From Candidatus Zixiibacteriota bacterium (GTDB taxonomy: Bacteria > Zixibacteria > MSB-5A5 > CAIYYT01), in NCBI GenBank assembly GCA_040235515.1, contig JBECKX010000051.1, positions 1 through 27,118 on the forward strand: a stretch of 27,118 bases of DNA, written 5' to 3'. Positions 1-8,803 of the stretch are shown here, piece by piece. The first letter of the stretch is position 1. Each line of letters opens with the position of its first letter. The position numbers were made by a program, and so were the translations under genes. The notes below the pieces were generated by a model, which worked only from the letters and a program-made list of their open reading frames with translations, was not told where the DNA came from and did no database searches.

Positions 1-806
1 TTTTCTGTCTCAAACACATCATCATAGCGGGCACTGCGGATCAGTTGGCGTTTCGGAAAATCGACCGAACTGAGCCAGCCGTCGTCCGAGCACTCAAGGC
101 GCACGCCGATATCGCGGGGGAGGATAACATCTACCGACCCGAGACCGACGTCGATCTTCACTTCTGCGTCAGATTCCAGATGGTCACCGAAGTCGAGGAC
201 GAAATCACCCACACCGCCATCGAAATCAAGGAAGGCGAAGTTGGCGTTTCCCAGGTCCTCGATTTCCAGATTGCACGCTCCCGCGTCGATGGTGAGGTAC
301 TGCATCCGCGTCTTATTCTTTTCGCTGAATCTGATTTTCGCGTCCGCGGCCCCGACATCGAGGTCCAGCTCGGAAATCGTCAGACCGCCCAGATCGAATC
401 TTGAATTGCTAGCCCCGATGTTGATATTCAACCGGGTCTTGATATCGGGTGAGATCGCCAGCTCCCAGTCATTATCCCCGTCATTATGGATGCTGCGAAT
501 GTTGTCGGTCTCAAAGTACAGATTTGCACGTCCGGCGCGCACATCAAAGCTATGTCTGAACTCGAAGTACTTTTCGTCATAGTAGCCATCAAGGGTGGCG
601 GCGTAATCCGTACCCGCTTTCAGCGGCACGATGTCGAACTTGCCGGCAGAAAAATCGACATTGATATCGAGAGTCTCGACATCCTTCTTTTCGAACTTGA
701 GATTCTCAGATCGAGTCTTGGCGTAGAGAACTCCGCATAGGAGCAGTCCCACCATCACCGCTGCGACCAGCGTCACCAACCGTGCGTTCCGCAAATAACT
801 CCGCAT
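1..806 (-). CDS. Exported toast-rack (LiaF/DUF2154/DUF4097-like) beta-solenoid protein; 3' end runs off the window
   Basis: Not in the ORF track. Manual translation from ATG at 806 (AGGAGG at 815-820) stays open to the window edge: MRSYLRNARLVTLVAAVMVGLLLCGVLYAKTRSENLKFEKKDVETLDINVDFSAGKFDIVP...LNINIGASNSRFDLGGLTISELDLDVGAADAKIRF...FDGGVGDFVLDF...VKIDVGLGSVDVILP. It has a signal peptide and repeated 'h-x-h-D-x-G-x-G' beta strands. Confidence 0.85.
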   Translation of the reverse strand, partial: MRSYLRNARLVTLVAAVMVGLLLCGVLYAKTRSENLKFEKKDVETLDINVDFSAGKFDIVPLKAGTDYAATLDGYYDEKYFEFRHSFDVRAGRANLYFETDNIRSIHNDGDNDWELAISPDIKTRLNINIGASNSRFDLGGLTISELDLDVGAADAKIRFSEKNKTRMQYLTIDAGACNLEIEDLGNANFAFLDFDGGVGDFVLDFGDHLESDAEVKIDVGLGSVDVILPRDIGVRLECSDDGWLSSVDFPKRQLIRSARYDDVFETE

Positions 807-837
807 TTTTCTATCCTCCTGTACGCGTGTATTAGAA

Positions 838-863
838 TACGGCAGGGCGGGCGCGGGGTTGCA
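838..863 (-). promoter_or_regulatory. ECF (SigW-type) promoter TGCAAC-N16-CGTA upstream of the toast-rack gene
   Basis: Minus strand reads TGCAAC cccgcgcccgccctgc CGTA: one mismatch to TGAAAC-N16-CGTA, same spacing as the site upstream of the sigma gene, about 30 nt from the start codon. Confidence 0.7.
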
Positions 864-988
864 ATATCTACCGGGAGTTCAGCTACTCGCAGTGCAACTA
901 ACGAAAATCGCACGCTGTGGGGCGGTTGTCGGCCACTGTGGCCTGATTTCGCAAAGAATTGAACGGACTGGAACGGAAGGTTAGTCGG

Positions 989-2143
989 TCAGGTAGTCGC
1001 TTGCTCTTCGTCGCCGACGACTTCCACCTTGATGGTCACCTTCTGATCCAGGTAGTCGCGGGTCCCGAAGCGTGTGAGTACGGTCCCACCAAACCCAAGG
1101 GTAATGACCAGCAGATTGAGCAGCCCTGCCAGGATACCGCTAACGATCGAAAGCGCCTCGGAGTTGACCATCAAGCCGAGGAAGAAGCCAACCGTTGGTA
1201 TCTGAACCACAATGAACCCCATCAGGATCTTCATGCCGCGGCTCTCACTCTTGCCATTGTTGCCGGTTTTCAGCAGGTCACTGACAAAAAGACAGAAGGC
1301 TGCTCCGCCGAGGAATGATGCGGCCAGCATTGCGATCGGCATTCCGGGCACCGCGACCGGAATCCCAACGATTGTGATCAATAAGAGTACGAACACGGGG
1401 AGTGCCAATAACCATACGATGAAGCCGACCAACAACGTCTTGAGGATGTTCCTGTGGTAGAGCACCTTCACCCTGTCGGTCGCTTTCGGGAAAAGCATCG
1501 CGGTGATGAACGTGAACACCAGCAGGATCGACAAATAGACTATACAGACCACGAAAGCCGCCGTCGGGTCGTGCTCCGGCGCATCCCATGGTCCCTCCGG
1601 TCCTGAGAAGATTCGATCTCTTGAGATACGGCCGACCACTCTCGCGGTTGGAGCGCGAATCACATCGGGTGCAGAGATATCTCCGATAACAATCGCGTTG
1701 TCTTCGAGTCGAACCACGCCCGTAGCGGTGACATCCCCCTCGACCAGTCCACGGATCGTGACATTGCCGCCCAGGGCAGTCACGCTCCCATACACATGCT
1801 CATCCTCTTCAACCACCACGGATTTGCCGATGGCGTTGATTCGCGAGCGCTTGTTCGGGTAGTCATCAGGATTGATCTGCAAATCGATCGCGCGGCTGCG
1901 AAGATCTTCAGCGCTGCCGTCATCGCGAGTGCTCCCCAGCGGTACCATCGTTTCGGTGCCGGTGGAGTCTATCAGGATGATACCGTTGTCGTCAATCCTG
2001 ATTTCGACGTAGACATTGCCTCGATAGTCGGAGGGGTCCACCTGCGCGGACACAGGGGCGACCGTCATAGAGGCAAGCAACAGGCAGGCGATCGCCGCCA
2101 GGCCGATCAGGTTCCGTATTCTATATGTGTTCACCGTCTTCAT
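989..2143 (-). CDS. Membrane protein: signal peptide, bactofilin-like (polymer-forming cytoskeletal) beta-helix repeats and a multi-TM C-terminus
   Basis: Repeats such as VVVEEDEHVYGSVTALGGNVTIRGLVEGDVTATG...IVIGDI, followed by about five hydrophobic helices including the LLLITIVGIP motif. Confidence 0.75.
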   Translation of the reverse strand: MKTVNTYRIRNLIGLAAIACLLLASMTVAPVSAQVDPSDYRGNVYVEIRIDDNGIILIDSTGTETMVPLGSTRDDGSAEDLRSRAIDLQINPDDYPNKRSRINAIGKSVVVEEDEHVYGSVTALGGNVTIRGLVEGDVTATGVVRLEDNAIVIGDISAPDVIRAPTARVVGRISRDRIFSGPEGPWDAPEHDPTAAFVVCIVYLSILLVFTFITAMLFPKATDRVKVLYHRNILKTLLVGFIVWLLALPVFVLLLITIVGIPVAVPGMPIAMLAASFLGGAAFCLFVSDLLKTGNNGKSESRGMKILMGFIVVQIPTVGFFLGLMVNSEALSIVSGILAGLLNLLVITLGFGGTVLTRFGTRDYLDQKVTIKVEVVGDEEQATT

Positions 2144-2187
2144 CTTGACGCCATTCTCTGGAGTTACTCCAAGCTCCCGGCCCGCTG

Positions 2188-3285
2188 CTAGTAAGTCAGC
2201 AGGCTAATATTCCCTGAGCTTGAGTTGAGGCGCAGCTTCTTTCCGCCACGTCCGATTCTTCCCTCGAGCTCGTTCTTACCCAGTGAAACGATCTGAATCG
2301 AGGCCTCGGTATCGATGTCGCCGGAGCCTGTGGTGGCAATTACGTCCACACCCGCTTCTTCAGGGATCTTCAGCGTGATATTGCCGGAGGTAGAGTTAAT
2401 CTCATATTCATCCCCACCGGTCATTTCCGACTCGATATAGATATCGCCGGAGCTGCTCATGACATAGAGTCCACCCGAGCGCTGGATGATAGAGATTTCC
2501 CCCGAGGTGACATGAATATCAACGTCGCCGGAACACTTGCTGAGTTTGCTGCTGCCCGATGATTTCTCAATCCTGACCGAGCCGGACACCCAGTTGGCCT
2601 CGGTGTCGCCGGAGGTCGCATCGATTTCAAGATCGCCATCGATGTTTTCGAAAAAGCCGTCACCGGAGGTCGCCGAGACAATTACATCGCCGCGAATCCC
2701 CCTGGCTTCGATATCGCCGGAGGTGGCGTCGATCCGGCAGGGGCCGGTGAGTTCGCTAAGTCTCATATTCCCCGAGGTCAGGTCGAGACGAAATTCGCCT
2801 TCAATCCCGCTTACCTCAATATCAGCCGAAGTAGCACTCAGCGAGAGTGAAACATCGGTAGGAACTTCGATCCGCAAGTAGACTTCACCATTTCTATCAC
2901 CACTAAACCCGAAGACTTGCTTCCAGAAGCTGCGGCCTTCTCTTCGCTCAGGATATCTGATCCTGATCGAGACATCAGATTCAGATGCATCGGTGACAAT
3001 CTCGATCTCATCCTTGATCTCCTCGGCTTCGTCGCGGGAAACCGCGTCCACTTCCTTTTCCGAATGTATGTTGAGCTTGCCGTCGCGTGATTTCATCACG
3101 ATGATTGAGCCAACGGGGTTATCGACGGTGAGCCGGAAGCCCTCGTCCACTTCGTAACTGGTATCATCTGCAAACCGATATGAGCCTGCTTGAGCAAAGG
3201 ATGTGAACAAGAGAAGAGCAAGCGCGGTGGGGATCAGGTTTTTCGTTAGCTTCTTCACCAGTCTCGTTCCACTCGCCGATTTCAT
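2188..3285 (-). CDS. Exported DUF4097 family (LiaG-like/toast-rack) beta-strand repeat protein
   Basis: Signal peptide ending AQA and many ~19-aa repeats of the form 'I-x-A-T-S-G-D-I'. Confidence 0.9.
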   Translation of the reverse strand: MKSASGTRLVKKLTKNLIPTALALLLFTSFAQAGSYRFADDTSYEVDEGFRLTVDNPVGSIIVMKSRDGKLNIHSEKEVDAVSRDEAEEIKDEIEIVTDASESDVSIRIRYPERREGRSFWKQVFGFSGDRNGEVYLRIEVPTDVSLSLSATSADIEVSGIEGEFRLDLTSGNMRLSELTGPCRIDATSGDIEARGIRGDVIVSATSGDGFFENIDGDLEIDATSGDTEANWVSGSVRIEKSSGSSKLSKCSGDVDIHVTSGEISIIQRSGGLYVMSSSGDIYIESEMTGGDEYEINSTSGNITLKIPEEAGVDVIATTGSGDIDTEASIQIVSLGKNELEGRIGRGGKKLRLNSSSGNISLLTY

Positions 3286-3302
3286 TTGGTCATCTCCAAC
3301 CT

Positions 3303-3872
3303 CTACCGGATACCTTTAAGCTTCTTCTTGAGAAGTTCACGTGCGCGGAAGATCCTGGCTTTTACCGTTCCCACCGGGAGCTTCAGAATCTGTGCGATCT
3401 CCTCATAAGATTGATCGTCGCGGTGACGGTAGACTATCACCTCGCGATATTTCTCCGGCAGGGAATCAATCGCCTCGTCGATTGAGATTCGGCGTTGTTT
3501 CTGCCAGAGGTTTTCCTCCGGGTTGAATGAGGTATCAGGAAGGTCGATTTCGACGGTGCCATCCTTGGTCTCGATCGGTTTATCAAGGCTGAGTGCCTCG
3601 ATCTTCTTCTTCCGGATGGCGTCGATTGCGCAATTGGCGGCAATCTTGTACAGCCAGGTTGAAAACCGGTATTCCGAACGGTAGGTCGCCAGCGAATGAA
3701 AGGCACGCATAAAGGTCTCCTGCACCAGATCTTCGGTTTCATCCCGATTTCGCACGATTTTCAGGATAATGTTGAAAATCGCCCGCTGGTGACGGTTGAG
3801 TAACTCTTTGTAAGCGGCCTGATTACCGGCTAATGCCTTATGAATCAGTTCTTCGTCCGGGTATTCCCGCAC
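3303..3872 (-). CDS. ECF sigma-70 factor, SigW/RpoE-like
   Basis: Region 2 (DLVQETFMRAF...FSTWLYKIAANCAID) and region 4 (LPEKYREVIV...SYEEIAQILKLPVGTVKARIFRARELL); GTG start. Confidence 0.95.
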   Translation of the reverse strand: MREYPDEELIHKALAGNQAAYKELLNRHQRAIFNIILKIVRNRDETEDLVQETFMRAFHSLATYRSEYRFSTWLYKIAANCAIDAIRKKKIEALSLDKPIETKDGTVEIDLPDTSFNPEENLWQKQRRISIDEAIDSLPEKYREVIVYRHRDDQSYEEIAQILKLPVGTVKARIFRARELLKKKLKGIR

Positions 3873-3894
3873 CTCATCAACCTAACTGTTTAGA

Positions 3895-3920
3895 TACGCC
3901 TTGCCTAGGTTCTTGTTTCA
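3895..3920 (-). promoter_or_regulatory. Autoregulatory ECF promoter TGAAAC-N16-CGTA
   Basis: Minus strand reads TGAAAC aagaacctaggcaagg CGTA, an exact match to the B. subtilis SigW consensus, just upstream of the sigma gene start. Confidence 0.8.
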
Positions 3921-4021
3921 AGCTCAGGGCGGTTAAGATAGTTGGGATCAGTGTGAAAACAAAAAGTTTTCTATCGGGGCGCAGCGTCGGCAGCACTACC
4001 GAATATCGCCCGCTTCTCTCC

Positions 4022-4049
4022 TTGCCGCTCAATCTCCACGCACTATATT
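4022..4049 (+). promoter_or_regulatory. Possible sigma-70 promoter TTGCCG-N16-TATATT
   Basis: Near-consensus hexamers about 47 nt upstream of the ATG at 4096. Confidence 0.4.
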
Positions 4050-4095
4050 TGCCGGGCCTGGCAAACATTCGACGAAATCTCTAACTGAAGTCTGG

Positions 4096-6627
4096 ATGAA
4101 AACGAAACACGTCCATCTCTCACTCCTGCTGGTCGTCTTCGCAGCTTCCGGCGCTGCGGCACTCGTCTATGAGGTACTCTGGCTGAAGGAACTTGGCCGG
4201 CTGTTCGGTGTCACGGCGTACGCCACCGCCACCACCCTCGGGGTATTCTTTCTGGGACTCGCCCTCGGCGGATTGGTCTGGGGGAAGCGAGCCGAGTCGG
4301 TAAAAAATCCTCTCAGGACCTATGCGCAGTTGGAGGTGGGAATCGCCGCTTCTGCTGTCCTCTATCTACTCCTCTTTGATCTGTATCGCGGTCTGCAGTC
4401 GTCGATTTTCGGAGCCATCGGCTATGCACCAGCGCTATTGCTTGCGGTCAAGTTTCTGATGGCTGCCGGAATCCTTCTGCTACCATCGTTCTTCATGGGT
4501 GGAACGCTCCCGATCATGGCGCAGTACGTTGTCCGCCGCCGCGATCAACTCGGTTCGCGAACGACCCTTCTCTACGCGACAAATACGATTGGCGCAGCGC
4601 TGGGAGCATTGTCCGCCGGTTTCCTTCTGCCGCCGGCACTGGGATTCAAAGGTGCGTATCTCACTGCGATCCTGCTGAATCTCACCGTTGCGCTGATTGC
4701 CTGGCTCTGGCGGGAGAGAGAACCGAGCGATGGAAGGCCGGCATCGAAACAGAAACCTGTCCCGGTACAGGATTCGGTGTCTCGCGCCAAACTGCGCGAC
4801 GAGACAATGGCATCCCTCGCCACGATCATCGCCATCAGTGTAGCCTCAGGATTCATCACGCTGTCACTTGAAGTCGTCTGGACACGCATGTTCTCGCAGG
4901 TGTTGCAAAACTCGGTCTACACATTTTCGATTATCCTTGGCGTCTTTCTGATTTTCCTGGCGCTCGGTTCCGCCATCGCCCATTACCTGTGTCGCCGAAA
5001 CACGCCACCCCGCTTTACGCTGTTCTTGCTTCTGGTGGCTTCCGGTATCAGCGTCATCCTCTCGCCGGTTATCTTCGCGCCGATCTCAGGCAGCCTCGAC
5101 TACCTTAAAAGCAATCTCAGCTTCTGGCCTTATGTCGGACTGGTGTTTCTCGGCGTCGCAGCGGCTATCGGTCCTGCGCTGATCGCCATGGGTACCGTTT
5201 TTCCCTACCTGATGAAACTGAGTGAGTGGCTTCCGATTGGCGCCGGTCGAACTGTCGGCAGGCTGGTCGCGACAAACACTATCGCGGCGATCTTCGGTTC
5301 CCTGCTGGCGGGATTCGTTCTCCTCGACCTGTTCGGTGTGTGGGGCTCGATTCGCGTGCTGGCACTCCTCTACCTGGTTGTTGCACTATTGGTCTTGCCG
5401 TGGCGGCAACGCGGCAGCATCGGACTCATAGTGGCAGCTGCCTCGCTGGCGGCTATTGTCGCTGTGTCGGCTACTTACAAAGACTACAGTCAACTGTGGC
5501 TCGACGAGGTTGATGGAGAACGGCTGGTGGAAGCGTGGGAGGGAGCAGCGGGCTCGGTGGCGGTTGTACAGACCCCCGATCAGAATCTGCGTATCCGGAT
5601 CAACGGTACATACAACCTCGGTGGCAGTGCCTCAGCCGTCAATGAACGGCTCCAGGGTCAACTGCCGTTTTTCATCCACAGCGAAGCGCGCTCGGTGTTC
5701 TTCCTCGGTCTCGGGACCGGTATAACAGCAAGCGGAGCGCTTAGCTTCCCGGTGGACAGAGTAGTAGTCTGCGAAGTCAATCGCGATGTCATCAACGCGA
5801 GCCGGAAGCACTTCGGGCCATGGTTGCGCGAACTGTTTGAGAATCCACGCGTGCAGGTGCTCCCGGAAGATGGCCGCACCTGGTTGGCGGCAACACATGA
5901 GAGGTTTGACGCGATCGTCGGGGATATATTCCTGAGCTATAAGTCTGATGTCGGTAGTCTCTATACACGGGAACAATTCCAAGCGGTAAAACAACACCTC
6001 AATCATGATGGGGTGTTCGTGCAATGGATAACTTTCTTCGACACCTCGCAACCGGAGTTCGAAATCATAGCGAAGACTATGCTGGAGGTATTTCCTTCCG
6101 TCACACTCTGGCGCAGGAGTTTTTCACCCCGTTTTCCGGTCTATGCGCTCGTTGGTAGACTGGACGAGGCCCCGCTCGATTTGCAGCAGTTGAGGAACGG
6201 CATCGACATGCTGAAACAGGATCCGGAATTGCCGGAGAATACCTGGATCTTCGGCCTACCGCTGGCTGCTTATGTGACGAATCTCTCTCTTCAGAGTGAA
6301 GAGCTTGAGTCGGTTCAAATCAATACCGACAATCGGACGCTGCTCGAATATATGGCCCCGATCACCGAGCGAAACAGCCGTGGCGCGCGGGAAACTTCTG
6401 TCCTTGCCTGGTACGCCTTGCTCAATTACCTGGAGGCTACGGTCGCGAAACACCCTCCGGAGGATGACCCGTTCCTGAAGGGCATACCACCAGAAATGAC
6501 ACGGCAGGTTCGCGCCGGAGTTGCATACTACGGATACTCGGTGTACAACTCGGATGGCAAGCAGGCATCAGCGCAAAGGTACCTGGCTGAATATCAGAAG
6601 TGGATAGCTTCACCAGACTCGCCTTGA
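4096..6627 (+). CDS. Fused multi-TM (MFS-like) / spermidine synthase-like SAM-dependent protein
   Basis: About 13 TM helices with duplicated 'SGxxxLxxEVxW' and 'YATNTIGAxxG/ATNTIAAIFGS' motifs. The C-terminal class I SAM domain has LGLGTG, VCEVN, EDGR and FDAIVGD. Confidence 0.9.
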   Translation: MKTKHVHLSLLLVVFAASGAAALVYEVLWLKELGRLFGVTAYATATTLGVFFLGLALGGLVWGKRAESVKNPLRTYAQLEVGIAASAVLYLLLFDLYRGLQSSIFGAIGYAPALLLAVKFLMAAGILLLPSFFMGGTLPIMAQYVVRRRDQLGSRTTLLYATNTIGAALGALSAGFLLPPALGFKGAYLTAILLNLTVALIAWLWREREPSDGRPASKQKPVPVQDSVSRAKLRDETMASLATIIAISVASGFITLSLEVVWTRMFSQVLQNSVYTFSIILGVFLIFLALGSAIAHYLCRRNTPPRFTLFLLLVASGISVILSPVIFAPISGSLDYLKSNLSFWPYVGLVFLGVAAAIGPALIAMGTVFPYLMKLSEWLPIGAGRTVGRLVATNTIAAIFGSLLAGFVLLDLFGVWGSIRVLALLYLVVALLVLPWRQRGSIGLIVAAASLAAIVAVSATYKDYSQLWLDEVDGERLVEAWEGAAGSVAVVQTPDQNLRIRINGTYNLGGSASAVNERLQGQLPFFIHSEARSVFFLGLGTGITASGALSFPVDRVVVCEVNRDVINASRKHFGPWLRELFENPRVQVLPEDGRTWLAATHERFDAIVGDIFLSYKSDVGSLYTREQFQAVKQHLNHDGVFVQWITFFDTSQPEFEIIAKTMLEVFPSVTLWRRSFSPRFPVYALVGRLDEAPLDLQQLRNGIDMLKQDPELPENTWIFGLPLAAYVTNLSLQSEELESVQINTDNRTLLEYMAPITERNSRGARETSVLAWYALLNYLEATVAKHPPEDDPFLKGIPPEMTRQVRAGVAYYGYSVYNSDGKQASAQRYLAEYQKWIASPDSP

Positions 6628-6712
6628 GAGGCATCCACCTTTACGACCCCAGTTGGTTAATGCCCCGAAAACTGTAGGAGTACGCGGTTCCGTTTATCGG
6701 GCGGTTGCTACC

Positions 6713-8032
6713 TCAGTCTTCGATCACCTGGAACACAGACTCCCAACCTACATCAAGGTTATCGCCCTCGGCGATTCTGGCGTCGGTAGTGAGCTGAACA
6801 ATGTAAGAGCCGACGGTGTAAGGGGTATCCCAGTGCGAAAAGAAGACTTCGGTACGCTCGGCATTCCACTCAAAGGTGCCGGGCACTTCGTCTCCCTCCA
6901 CCTTGGTAACGCTAAAGGCTAGCCTCACACTGACGGTATCCATCGGCTCGTTGAAAATCAGCAACACCTGGTTATCGACCGGGACACCGTAGTAGCCGTT
7001 TCGAGGGCGGGCATCCACGACTTCATAGCCTTCTGTCAAGAATGTCACCGTGTCCGCAGCGGCAAGTCCCAGAGGAGTTGCATCGATGATCGCGGCATAG
7101 GTTGTCTTCGGAAGCAGGAGTGGACCAGATGAGAGAAAATCGTGCTGCTGACTCTGATTCTCCACCGGGCAGCGCGCGTAACGGTCGGATGGCGTCCAGA
7201 TACCCGAAATCGCCGGCTCGAAATGGACCGCCTCTGCTACAGAGTCGGAAGTGGCACAGAGAGAGGTGCTCATCGACGCTCGAAATCCGCGCCGTGGTAC
7301 GCGACCGGTTGTGCTTCTCTTGCTGAAGCTGAAGCTCGCCTGAAATGGCTGCGTTGTAAAACTCAGTTCCAGGTCATCATCGAACGTTCCGCTCGATGTG
7401 CGGACATCGCGGCTGATCGTCATGTGATACTCCGTACCGGGCAGCAGATTTGGTGAAGCCCGGAACTCGTAGTTCTTCCCGCTGGCGAGCTGGTTGTAGT
7501 AATCGTCATAGTTGTAGTAGTCATCGTAAGGATAGTCATAATACTCCCAGTATCCGGTTACCGGCGGGTCAAACGTGGTCATGCTGTTGAGATCATCGAC
7601 GTTTACGTATTCGTCGCAGGTGATTCTGATCCACGTGCCGGCGTAAACAGACGTGGCACCATTCCTGGGTGAAGTCAGATAGACCGGAAACGGGTTGGGG
7701 GAGATGGTCGTGCCGGTATATTTCGCCGTCAGCCCGGTCCCCACCGCCACATCGCTGATCTTGCGACGGCCGTGATTTTGCGGTATCAATTCGAGCGTAT
7801 AGCTGCCGGGATCGACGAGGGCGAAATTGAAGTAACCGTTGGCGTCGATCCTGGTCTCAAACTCCGCGAGCCCGTGAAGTCTGGCAATGCCGGAATCAGC
7901 AGGGACTACGTTTCCAAAAACCGCGCCTACCGTATTGGTATAGTAAATGTTCGTGATATCGTCGCCGCACGAGGCAATCAGCATAGCGGCCAGCGCCAAT
8001 ACCGCCAGAGCTAAGGAAATACGTGAGGGCAT
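6713..8032 (-). CDS. Lipoprotein with a carboxypeptidase-regulatory-like domain and SbsA/Big_5-type Ig-like domains
   Basis: Lipobox LIASC; DANGYFNFALVDPGSYTL; Ig-like repeats 'TSPRNGATSV...L.PGTEY...FTT' and 'PRNGYYGVPVDNQVLLIFNEPMD'. Confidence 0.75.
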   Translation of the reverse strand: MPSRISLALAVLALAAMLIASCGDDITNIYYTNTVGAVFGNVVPADSGIARLHGLAEFETRIDANGYFNFALVDPGSYTLELIPQNHGRRKISDVAVGTGLTAKYTGTTISPNPFPVYLTSPRNGATSVYAGTWIRITCDEYVNVDDLNSMTTFDPPVTGYWEYYDYPYDDYYNYDDYYNQLASGKNYEFRASPNLLPGTEYHMTISRDVRTSSGTFDDDLELSFTTQPFQASFSFSKRSTTGRVPRRGFRASMSTSLCATSDSVAEAVHFEPAISGIWTPSDRYARCPVENQSQQHDFLSSGPLLLPKTTYAAIIDATPLGLAAADTVTFLTEGYEVVDARPRNGYYGVPVDNQVLLIFNEPMDTVSVRLAFSVTKVEGDEVPGTFEWNAERTEVFFSHWDTPYTVGSYIVQLTTDARIAEGDNLDVGWESVFQVIED

Positions 8033-8397
8033 CTTTCCTCCGACATTTGTGGTTAAGGCTGTTCGAATTGTCGCAGACTTTAGCTAGGGCGCTTTAGGCT
8101 CCATCCCGCTTAGAATTCCGAGTAGCGGCTGTCCCTTTACACTTTTAAAATATACAAAACTATCGCCGATCTCCAAGCGAATACTGGCAATTATCCACTC
8201 GAAAAGGCCGTTTCTGCCGAAGAATAGCGTTACGAGAAACTATTACCCATACTGCAACCATCCCGCAATGTATGGGCAAATTCCCACTTCTCACGCAGAT
8301 AGCATCGGATTGCCCCCGGATCGGACTCACAGATTATCCCGCTGTAACACAACAACATAAACCCCCATCCTCCATTTTCTTCCTCCCTGTTCAGAAT

Positions 8398-8413
8398 TGG
8401 CACTAAAGTTGCA
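8398..8413 (+). promoter_or_regulatory. Sigma-54 (-24/-12) promoter
   Basis: TGGCAC-TAAAG-TTGCA is an exact match to TGGCAC-N5-TTGCW (GG-N10-GC) and lies in intergenic DNA. Confidence 0.7.
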
Positions 8414-8621
8414 AAAACATGGGTGCATAAGCTAATACAAGCGATTCGCGCATAAGTTGTTATCAGAGCTTGACCGAGCATACCGAGCGCAACCGAAATT
8501 TACCGATCTGCGAACCAACGCAGTGTACCACACGACTGTTTAAGTAGCTCGCAGCAGTTGCCTGCTACGACGACAGGTCGGAAAAATAGCAAGCTCACAG
8601 CAACCCGGAGGTTACCACCCC

Positions 8622-8762
8622 ATGGCCAAAAAGAAGAAATCTACCTACAAGATGCCAAGGAAGACCTGCTGGCACCTCTATTCGCTGCAGAACTTAAGCG
8701 AAGAGAAATTCATCAAGGTAGTGAACAAGATCCTCCGCAAGGAGTGGCAGGTAATCAAGTAG
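8622..8762 (+). CDS. Small basic protein of unknown function (46 aa)
   Basis: MAKKKKSTYKMPRKTCWHLYSLQNLSEEKFIKVVNKILRKEWQVIK*; GGAGGT at 8607-8612; a stem-loop starts right after the stop. Confidence 0.65.
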   Translation: MAKKKKSTYKMPRKTCWHLYSLQNLSEEKFIKVVNKILRKEWQVIK

Positions 8763-8763
8763 A

Positions 8764-8803
8764 ATTCCTCTCATCGGCTCACCACACCGATGAGATCTGG
8801 AAT
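8764..8803 (+). terminator. Stem-loop directly after the small ORF (terminator or stabiliser; no U-tract)
   Basis: Perfect 9-bp stem TCTCATCGG (8769-8777)/CCGATGAGA (8787-8795), extended by ATTCC/GGAAT. Confidence 0.45.

Noticed and set aside
8191..8199. TTATCCACT as a DnaA box
   Set aside because: Isolated one-mismatch site, expected by chance.
8622..8762. Small MAKK- ORF as ribosomal protein L33 or another r-protein
   Set aside because: Lacks L33 motifs such as the KY/F-x-P segment, so it is left as unknown.
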